NCBI GenBank assembly: GCA_023645945.1
Contig: JALAIB010000092.1
Location: 1-33,208 of the forward strand
DNA from: Diploschistes diacapsis
Lineage: Eukaryota
Direction of reading: 5' to 3'
Length of the DNA stretch: 33,208 nt
Under the pieces are notes generated by a model. That model had not been told where the DNA came from, made no database searches, and saw only the letters and a list, made by a program, of their open reading frames with translations. Within the stretch, counting starts at the first letter, position 1; every line of letters starts with the position of its first letter. This document shows positions 11,401 through 20,415 of the stretch, in pieces. A program made the translations under genes and the position numbers.

Positions 11401-11606
11401 ATGTACAACATACGGAAACGTATGGTGGAAGCATAGACGTTATACAAATGTTGGTTCCAAATACGGAGCGACTTCCAATCAGTGCACCCTTACCGGAGCT
11501 GGATCATTCGAACACACAAAGACCAGGGGTGCCCCAGACATATGAAGTCAACACAAACGCGAATGAAGGAGCCCTTGCGTCCCACGAGACTGCTCCTAGC
11601 CGCTAG
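8463..11606 (+). CDS. Large uncharacterised fungal protein (~985 aa) with an N-terminal Cys/His putative Zn-binding motif; exons 8463-8665, 8729-9591, 9645-10253, 10324-11606
   Basis: Three introns join four reading frames into one open frame of 2958 nt: 8666-8728 (GTTTGA..GCTAAT..CAG), 9592-9644 (GTAAGA..GCTAAC..GAG) and 10254-10323 (GTAAGT..CTAAT..TAG). Motifs AITG..AQMTTVGLYMKQTWP, IGQQIAWLSAACR, CWLSL...GFPIARR..GLQIP, VVLYDTADHRGWL and LLGRNFGELMSP resemble a widespread Pezizomycotina family often loosely labelled 'Pfs domain protein'. No PNP_UDP domain is seen here. Confidence 0.78.
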
Positions 11607-13130
11607 AGCAGATTGGATTTTCCATTCAATGGGAGATTAGCAAGATCGATACGTCCTAGCCGGCAACAAAGTTAGATCGCAGAATAAATTAGCTCGAGGT
11701 TGTCGATTCTGCTGCTGGAATAATGATAAACTGCTTATGCGGTGACCGCTTATGCGTACCAAGGGACCTCCCGCTAGCCAGCTATCTTCATCGTTATTTT
11801 TATCAGAATGTTGGGGGATCGCTTGATTGGACTGTATTTCATTACCGATGTAGCCAGAACGCTCCCTAGTATGTTGTCTAAAGTAACATACCTTTTTATG
11901 GCCATCAACCGCTACTACGTTTCTAGAGAAATGTCAAAGTCTCTAATGATATTTACAAGATTGGTCTTGTTGCAACATCAATACTGCATCCTTATTTCCG
12001 CATTTGATTAGTTCCGGGGCATAACCGAAACGTACAGACAGAAGCACTCCAACTGCAGTCACCAGATGGGCTAGAACTCGTGAATTTTACATAAGGGAAA
12101 GGATCTCAATGTTATCATCTACCGTGTCTTACTCGCTGAGATATAAGAACTCTAAACTTCCTCACCAAACATGCTTGGTTACCTCTGAGGTATCCAAATA
12201 GATACATATCAAGCTCCATTGAGGCGGCAATAATCTTAGCACGCTCAACCCAGGTGCAACAAGGGCTTGAGATTCATGCCGTGTAACTAAGGAGCACCAT
12301 CTGCTCCGCACACCGCTCATACAGAACTTTGTAAGGCTGACGATCGATATGCAGACACGCTAAGTTAAGCTCACAGAGATTAATTTGTATGTGCATTTCA
12401 CAAGTTTTTCTCTAGGTACTTGGCAGCGTACAGAAGTCTCTTCCTGTCTTTCCATTCAAACCATTGGTGCATGTGTACGCAGATGATTGGCCTCCTATAT
12501 AGTTATTTAGACCAATTATGATCAGCTTTTTTGCGATTTACGTGGAGGCATCGGAGTTATGTAACATATTAGATGCTATGGGAGCTAGATATGAGCTAAA
12601 CGGCTTGGCATCTGTCTTATATCTTGGGGGCGTACGGAGCAGATAGTGCTCCTGAGTCAAACGGAGATTCATGACGCCAAGCATTCTTCGGGTTGATGGG
12701 TTGTAGCATTCCTTTTGATCTTCTAGAAGAGCAGGTTCCCATCTTTCTGTGGTTTTTAATATCGATTAAGTCGCTTGTATAGTCTTCGGAACGCACAGGG
12801 TGCAGACTTGCGGAAAGAATTAAGAACGGCAGCATTGAAGTCCTAAGTACAGCACTGGCGGAGCAGCATCATGTCTAGAGATTTCACAGCTCAGAGGCTA
12901 CCCGCAGCCGGGTAATCGCGAAGGGGTGTTTTCGGAGCATGTGTCTGGTTGCATTTCAAGATGGTAGACTCTCATCACTGAGAATGCAGATTGACGACGG
13001 GCACGGGCACGCTTCGAAGTGAACAAACTCGCTTTAATGCAGGAACTCATTTTCTCTCAGAGCCTATCTCGCGATTGATAGACAGACTGCTCAAATCGCT
13101 GCACTGGTTTTCCGTCCTTTGGTCACCTCC

Positions 13131-14147
13131 ATGTCTCTCAAACGCCCCCACCCCTCCACCTCTAACTCTCCACACACTCTCCCAGCCCCAAGCCCGCACG
13201 GGATCTGGTCCTGCCACTCCCCGATCTACGACCGCGAGTCCATTTTCACCGCTTACTTCTCCCCATCTATGCCACCTCAAGCCCTCAAGAAGCACCTAAA
13301 GTCCTTGCCCGAGACCGCCGCAGCGACTCACCATATTCTGGCTTGGCGCGTTCTGCAGGCTGAATCTACAACGCTGGCAAAGCACTTCCAGCCTACTAGC
13401 ACGAATGCTGGGCCCAAAGCACCAGCACTGGAATCGGGAAGCGATGATGACGGGGAGCGCTATGGAGGGAGACATGTGCTCAAGGTGCTGGAGGCGGAGG
13501 GTGCGCAGGGTGCATTAGTAGTTGCGAGATGGTACGGCGGTATAATGTTGGGCCCAGTCAGATTTACGCACATTGAGGATATGGCGAGGCAGGCCATCCG
13601 AGAGTGGCGGCGGGATAATGGTGGATGGGAGCAAGGGCTCAAGGCAGCGGAGCAGAAACGGCCAAAGTTGCTTAGTAACGAGGGGAGCGAAGGGGAGAAG
13701 GCAAGGCTTGTGGGCGAGCTGGTGGAGAGGGACGCGAATATTGTGGTTCTAAGGGACTTGCTAAGGGAGAAGAGAGAGGGGCCAGCGAAAGCAAAATCGG
13801 AGCAGAACGGGGGTCATCATGGAGATGAGGTGGGGTTGAGTCAGCCAGCTTCTTCTCTCGCGAAGAAAGTGGATTATGCAGGCATGGCTTTGGAAGCGCT
13901 TCAGAGGATCGACAGGGCGAGGGACTCCACTGTAGCCTTTCTGCTAAAGAAAATTGATGAGGCGGAGCAAGCGGAGGCACAACAAAAGCAAGTGCTAGAA
14001 GAGAAAGGTCTGGAAGGGGACCAAAGGCTTTCAGTAGAATCTCCCAACGATGAAGCTGGTGATTCGGTTGATAGAATTCGAAATGGTACGAGAAACGGAG
14101 ACGGAGACGGAGACGGTGACGGTGACAGTTCGGAAGCTGCGAGCTAA
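13131..14147 (+). CDS. IMPACT/UPF0029 (YigZ-like) family protein without an RWD domain, 338 aa
   Basis: Intronless ORF from ATG 13131. Motifs DRESIFTAY, ATHHILAWRV, DDDGERYGG and VVARWYGGIMLGPVRFTHI, followed by a charged helical C-terminus. Confidence 0.88.
   Translation: MSLKRPHPSTSNSPHTLPAPSPHGIWSCHSPIYDRESIFTAYFSPSMPPQALKKHLKSLPETAAATHHILAWRVLQAESTTLAKHFQPTSTNAGPKAPALESGSDDDGERYGGRHVLKVLEAEGAQGALVVARWYGGIMLGPVRFTHIEDMARQAIREWRRDNGGWEQGLKAAEQKRPKLLSNEGSEGEKARLVGELVERDANIVVLRDLLREKREGPAKAKSEQNGGHHGDEVGLSQPASSLAKKVDYAGMALEALQRIDRARDSTVAFLLKKIDEAEQAEAQQKQVLEEKGLEGDQRLSVESPNDEAGDSVDRIRNGTRNGDGDGDGDGDSSEAAS
14097..14126 (+). repeat. Coding hexanucleotide microsatellite (GGAGAC/GGTGAC)x5 encoding GD repeats
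   Basis: ggagac ggagac ggagac ggtgac ggtgac near the 3' end of the IMPACT ORF. Confidence 0.8.
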
Positions 14148-14554
14148 GTCAGCTACATGCCAGAGTGATCTTTGCGCAATTCTCGACATGTGGATATCAG
14201 GCACAAGTGGCCTCTGCACTGGAGAAGAAAGAGTTGTATACCGATTTTGGATTCAGACAACTCTGATGATGGAAACGGAAGATCGTTTCACCGCCACTGA
14301 GACACACGGTCAAGTGCAGCCCCCGGAATGAAGTCCGACCTCTGACGTCTCAACTACCTCATCACGATACAGCAACACAGCAATACAGCAACTTTCACTC
14401 AATGCCCCGTCTTAGCCTTCCTGCTACTGCAAGAGATACCCATATCAAACTACTCGAGGTTAAATTCCACAAGCTTGGGGTGAAGCAAGTTTTCGCCAAC
14501 TCCATTGCGACTTATGAAAATACTGTACCTGAGTAGGCCACAAGCATATCTGCA

Positions 14555-15737
14555 ATGGCTTCAGCTTTCGCAGCAAGAGTGACCACCATTAGGGTATCAG
14601 AATTGGGAAGGAATCCTTCAAGCACCTGTATAAGACAGACGCGACGAGGTCTGACATCATTACCACAAAGGTCTATTAAATTGAATCTGCACACCCCACC
14701 TGCTCTCTCATTTCACTCAAAACACAGCATCACGGCTTTACCAACATTTCCATCACAGCGACTTCAGACAATCAGCAATCACTTTTCAACAACAGCATCC
14801 AGTATGGCTCAAACCAATAACGAAGACTTTAAGCTCGACCAGGTCTTCAATGTCAAGGGAAAGGTGAGCCCAACCAAAACTTACCCCCATGAGAGTCGCT
14901 TACCAGCCCTAGGTCGCCCTGGTCACTGGGGGGGGCACTGGGATTGGTCTAATGGCTACCCAGGCTTTGGCTGTCAACGGTGCTAAAGTCTACATCACTG
15001 GACGCACCGGAGAGAAGTTGGAGCGTGTGGTAGAGACTCATGGAAAGAACATCTCCGGCGAGATTGTTCCTCTTACCTGCGACGTCACGGACAAGAAGAG
15101 CATTGAGAGCCTGGTTTCCGAAATTTCTAACCGTGAGAAGTGTCTCTGCATTCTGATCAACAATGCCGGCATCAGCTCCAATACCCAACAGACCGAGGCC
15201 GGCTCTGCCGAGGAGATGAAGAAGAATCTTTTCGACAACAAAGACGCCACCTTCGAGGACTGGGTTGACTCGTACCGTACCAACGTTCCCAGCATTTTCT
15301 TCCTCACTACCGCCTTCCTTCCTCTCTTGCAAAAATCCACGGAGCACCAGCACGGGTATTCGGGGACTGTCATTAACATTGCGTCCATTTCCGGGATGGC
15401 CAAGACAGCTCAGCACCACTTTGCCTATAACGCGAGCAAAGGTGCTGCGATTCACTTGAGCAAGCTGCTTGCGAGCGAGGTGGCCAGCAACGGACTAAAG
15501 ATTCGTATCAACTCAATTTCCCCTGGTGTGTTTCCTAGCGAAATGACGGCAGGCGAATCGGGTGATAACCAGAAGTCGCATATCCCGAAGGAGAAGTTCG
15601 AGGGGAAGGTGCCAGCTCAGCGTCCTGGCAACGATAGGGACATGGCCAACGCGATATTGTTTGCCGCGACGAATCAATACCTGAATGGACAGAACGTTGC
15701 GGTCGATGGGGGTTACCTTCTGTCTGTTGGAACTTGA
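14555..15737 (+). CDS. Short-chain dehydrogenase/reductase (classical SDR); exons 14555 (or 14804)-14863, 14913-15737
   Basis: Intron 14864-14912 (GTGAGC..TAG) gives KGKVALVTGGGTGIGL. Also LINNAGI, INIAS, catalytic YNASK and INSISPGVFPS. Two in-frame ATGs at 14555 and 14804. Confidence 0.9.
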
Positions 15738-16010
15738 GCGAAAGTGTAGAATGTCATGTGGATTGGCTTGGGACTCATCATGTGCGTATCAGTTTGGGAG
15801 ATCCGGGGCATTGACACAGGCTTGGGAACAAAAGGGAAAAGTATTGGGGCATATGGTGGTTGCTCAAACACCAAATAGCATATTGCTCCAATCTGACGTG
15901 CTTGACTTGCTAGACAAATGATTAGCATGATTTACCTACCAAGTATTACAAGCAACTGTGGAATAATTTGCTGGCTACTGCGGAAAGCAATCGCGTGTGC
16001 GTCGATTGTA

Positions 16011-17092
16011 GGCTTGTCTTATTCTGCCTACTGTAAAATTGTGTAATATATTATTGGGTGGCGCGCTAGTGATGCATTCTACCTAGTTCGCTGTGGCTCT
16101 GCCAAGTACTTAAATCTCTATATAATTTGTATACAAATACGTATCATTTATAAATATACGCAGAATTAGATGGAATTATATATAAAATATATAAAATTTA
16201 ATTATTATTATAGCCATAAAGACTATATCGAAATAAAAAATAGATATTAAAAGATTAAAAGATATTTAAAATATTTTAAAAGCAGCTTAAAAGCGTGCTT
16301 TTAAACTTTTTATAATCATTTCCATGCCGTGTTCCTCCTCCGCCCATTATACTCCCCTGCGGACCGCGATAGCCATATTATAGGCCACGCGGTCGCGCGT
16401 TATCTTCCTCCTCTTTATATCGACACTACGCGCAGCAGGTGTCGCATCGCCATCGCCGCTTCGTCAATGGCGGCAGCGATACCACGTGGTGTTTCTAGAC
16501 GTCCGATTGGACGTCTAGAAGTTGTCCACGTAGGGTTAAAGCGCGTCGGGATCCGCCACGGTTATCCGAAGGATGTCCGCGACGGCAAAGAGACGCGCCC
16601 TCCGCGCCGGGAGGTCCGCAGGGCAGCGGCGACAAGGGTGTCCGAGCCCGCGCAGGCTCGGCGAGAGCGGCAAGGGCAGGCGAGCCAGGGGGCGGCCAGA
16701 CAACAGGCGTCGGGGCGGGCGAGGGGGCAACACTACGACCCAGAGCGGCGGAGAGGGCGTCGTAAAGCATGAGGTCTTCAAGACCCAGCTCATCGTTGTC
16801 GGCGACCGCGTCGAACGTGGCCGCGGCGGCGGCAGGGAGGGCCGCAGGACGCGCAGAGCGAGCAGACAACGAGACCTCCATCGCATCTAAAAAAAAAAAT
16901 TAGAATGTTAAGATTAAAAACAATAAAAAAAGCATGTAATCGATGTGTTAAATGAATAAATATGACTAAAGAGAGAGCTAGTTCCATAGATACTTATAAC
17001 TACATACAAATTAGTATGACTGAGAAAGTATCTTAAGAACCATGATACTTATCATGTAATTTTTATATACAGTAGACAGAATAAGACCTGCC
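16011..17092 (-). mobile_element. Non-autonomous Mutator (MULE)-like DNA transposon relic with RIP-like damage
   Basis: 25-bp terminal inverted repeats at 16011-16035 and 17068-17092 (22/25 identical, starting GGC). Flanking 9-mers TCGATTGTA and TCGATGGCG match 6/9. Subterminal regions are very AT/TpA-rich. The internal minus-strand frame has stops where Trp is plausible (DAL*PYVDNF*TS..WYRCRH*R). Confidence 0.75.
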
Positions 17093-18307
17093 TCGATGGC
17101 GATTTGTATATGTCGTGGTTACGCAGGTAATCATATCGTCACATGATCGCTCGCTCGTCTTATTTCTCCTCGATACGTGCATGTCTGCAGTACGTATCGG
17201 TTGAAATTCCCCTTCAACAACGGGAAAAGCAATAAGCTGTTGCATGTAAGTTTAAATCATGAAGTAAAAACCATTCTTTCCTTTCTCTTTGTCTTATCCC
17301 ATCTTGGTAGTTCTTTCATTCTTCTACGTACTGTACAGAACGATCCGGACAAGGCATGCCCGAGTCAGTATTACCGCCTCAGCCTCTCTTGGGAGCCCTG
17401 TTTCCAAAATGTAAGTTAAAAACGTACATCAATACCTGCGTGATTGGATTTAAATTGGGGTCCCTATGCATCAGGAATGGGGCGCTTCATTCTTTCTTCT
17501 TCCAGATTTTAAAGGGCTCATGACTGTAATGCCTAGCTGGACTCCCGTGCGAGAAACGGTGTGAGGTTCGAGCAGCAAAATACAAGACTCTTACATATCC
17601 CCTTGCCTGGTGCAAATGAACATGTCTATGGTCCGATAGTGGGTGTGAATTACCACCGCCTTCCACGCTCATCTATGTAGGTACTGTACTCATACCTGCT
17701 GATGTCAAAAAGCTTATACCGTCTTGAAGTTTGGTTCAGTGAAAGACGAGCAAGCACCACGGTTCGTAATATGGTCTTTGTTTGACAGCACACCAAAGAT
17801 TTAAGCTTCCGTGCGATAAGAAATTTCTCAATACGACTCCGAAGATGGATCAAGTTGGAGTGAGTCAGCAAGCTTTGACCAGGCTCGTTGGTTGGGAGGT
17901 AAGGGTTAAAGCTTTTGCCTTATGGTGACTTCAATTTCACCCCTCTTGATGAACGACTCAAACATCAGGTAATCTCCTGATCCTAGACACAGTGCTCATC
18001 ACCTCTGTATGCAGCTTCTAGAGGTGAAGAAGCGATATAATCGTGGAATGTATCCAGTCCGATTGTATCCGGTACGAAGTAACCTTTGAGAACGTTTGAG
18101 AGGACGAGAGCCCTGTGGGTGCTATGCGTGGTGCGCCATGGAAGCTTCACCAATTAGGAGGACTGTGCAGATATTAATTCTGTCTGATATCAGTGAGAAT
18201 GTGCCCAGGTCTCTGCCCTTTCAAAGTCAACTTGTCTGCCATTTCATGTGTTGGCTTCCAAGGTGATTCACGAGGTATAAGGTATCTTTTCCCTCACTGT
18301 GCCCAAT

Positions 18308-19060
18308 ATGCGGCCTTCTCTCATTCTTTCTGTGGCCATTGCGACATTCTCCACTGTAATTGCTGGGCAGATCCATACTTCTCGCAAGGGCATTCCCAGG
18401 CCAATCAATGACCATCAATTTCGCATACCGAGATTCACCGTAACAGCCCCCAGCGGCTGCTTTGCTACATGGCACTCCAACTTTCACCTTGTCTACTTCA
18501 ATTGTAGGCCGTTATCCCTAGCCTCTCGTTGGCGACTCTGACGGTATCGGACAGTATCCATCTTCGACGCCCGGGAAGAGGGCAAATCTATTGAAAAAGA
18601 CTCCATTGACTGCTCAATGACCTTCACGCTTGGAGAAGAGCCCGACGAGTTTAGCGCAACAAAATGCAACAAGGGCTTCGCCTTCTGGTTCACGAACTTC
18701 ACGAGCCCGACGGACTTCAGTATCAGCGTCCGGCACACATTCGAAGACAAAGGGTGTGTTTGAACCCAGCGACACAAAAAGGCTTTTTGTATCTCCATCT
18801 ACTACGAGGCAATTGCTAACCTGATTGACTATAGGACCGACACAGCTACCACCTACTACAGCTTCAACAACATCGTCAACCAAGTGACAACGGACGGGAA
18901 GATCTTCTTCCAGCGCGCACTGCACGGGGCGGAGGCGCTGAGGTCTGAAATCGCGCGCTATGATGAATTGAAGGAGCCGATTATCCTCCCCATTACCGTG
19001 CAGACGGAGCAATCGCTCTCGCTCGTGCAGTCGGACGAGGATTGGGTGTTTGAAGATTAA
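18308..19060 (+). CDS. Small secreted protein, ~206 aa, possibly Alt a 1 (AA1)-like fold; exons 18308-18503, 18555-18753, 18835-19060
   Basis: Signal peptide MRPSLILSVAIATFSTVIAG. Introns 18504-18554 (GTAGGC..CTGAC..CAG) and 18754-18834 (GTGTGT..GCTAAC..TAG) give an uninterrupted 621-nt frame. The central part reads IDCSMTF...TKCNKGFAFWF...DFSISVRHTF. Confidence 0.8.
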
Positions 19061-20415
19061 AGGCGCAAAAGAGAGATGGGGTGGAAGAGCGTGGAGGGTA
19101 GCTCTGATTGGACAGGGCGTGAACGATTTTTAAGTAGACATCGAACGCCTCTCTGCATCTGGCCCTTTCTCAGAACAACTTTATTTATTTCCGCTTGCCT
19201 TCTAAAGCATGTTTTGGACAGTGAAATATCTTCCATCAAAGCTCCTCCGTAGTTTCGTGGCAGACCTTTTGAGAGATGTGCATATGTGCATATGCATGTT
19301 TAGTTGGTGTACGAGCTTCTCAGCTTCTCGTACACTAAAGTTTTCCCATAATGTCGATGGTACGGGGGATGTTCCGCAGGGATCACTTCGCTTGGTTAGA
19401 GTTTGGCACCCGCGCACGTACTCGTTGTCTTACTTTCTAGGTTTTCCGGCTCCGGTATTTGCTTGCAGGGTGAACGCAGGGGGGTGGAGGGGGGATGACG
19501 GGTAGGCTGTTTTCTTCCTTGCACAATTTTGATGCATGCAACTACGATATCACTTTCCGTCTGATCACCCCAGTTCCAATCTTCAATTTCAAAGGCTAAT
19601 AATGATAATGGCAATAGCGAGCAGAGATTCTTACCTACCTAGCATTTTGGTTATGATACATAGCAAGCAGAGATAGATTTGGTATCCATTAGGCGAGGCT
19701 AGTTAGTGGACTTGACTCGGCAGCAAATACTAAAATTGTTCGGCAGTCCCCGAGAAGAGAGAAGAAATGGGACCCCAAAGTAAGTCGCCCTGTCATCAAC
19801 CTATTACCACATCCAGCTAGCCGGGCTTTCCTATTTGCGGGATTATGCAATTTATGTGCCATGTACAAAAATCCCATCACGCATCACGGCAAGCATAGAT
19901 GGGCTTCGAAGTATTAGCTTGAGAAAAATCTTTTTGCTTCTCAGCTGCAGAAAGATTGGTAGTACACTAACAAATCAATGCTACTGAAAAACCGTAAGCG
20001 AGCTGATGTGAAGCCTAGGCATTATATTAGGTATTATTCACATTTATTGCACCACGGCTTTCTTGGATCCCGAGGTGTCATTCTTTGTTCACACTGGCTT
20101 TTCCGCCGGCTTTGCGCCAGGCTTTGCGCCACGCTTTGTGAATGCTATCTCGTTTTCAGCTCTCTCACTTTACGCTTCCACTCTGCTCTTCCTCATGTTG
20201 ATCCTCCTTGGACCCGCGCAAGAGAATGCTTTACTTCAGGCCATTTCGCGACTATGCATTGTCTTGCCTAGGAGCCCCTTGTGCCATATTGAACCTTGAC
20301 CAAATGATAGCATCGTAGCGAGTTACTTCTTGTTCAAGCTTGCAAAAAGCCGCAGAGGCCAAAGTGTGCGGAGCATTCTCAAAGGAGTCCTTCATTATCT
20401 CAGTTGTAGATTACA

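Noticed and set aside
3900..12900. Starship or other giant mobile element explaining the accessory block
   Set aside because: No tyrosine-recombinase captain or transposase gene, and I could not find boundary direct or inverted repeats by eye.
11700..12900. Stop-riddled protein-like fragments (similar ones at about 4250-4490, 17500-18150, 19100-19700 and 22750-23500)
   Set aside because: They may be old pseudogene debris, but no family motif was recognisable, so they cannot be supported without a translated search.
16325..16365. RRGV*WAEEEH on the minus strand resembling a Myb/SANT motif
   Set aside because: Too short, interrupted by a stop, and lacking the remaining Myb helices; better explained as part of the transposon frame.
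16329..16987. Several GC-rich ORFs (105-147 aa) on both strands as genes
   Set aside because: Low-complexity by-products of the GC-rich transposon core; the only meaningful frame is interrupted by stops.
18493..19012. Minus-strand ORFs of 101 and 132 aa
   Set aside because: Antisense shadows of the spliced secreted-protein gene on the + strand.
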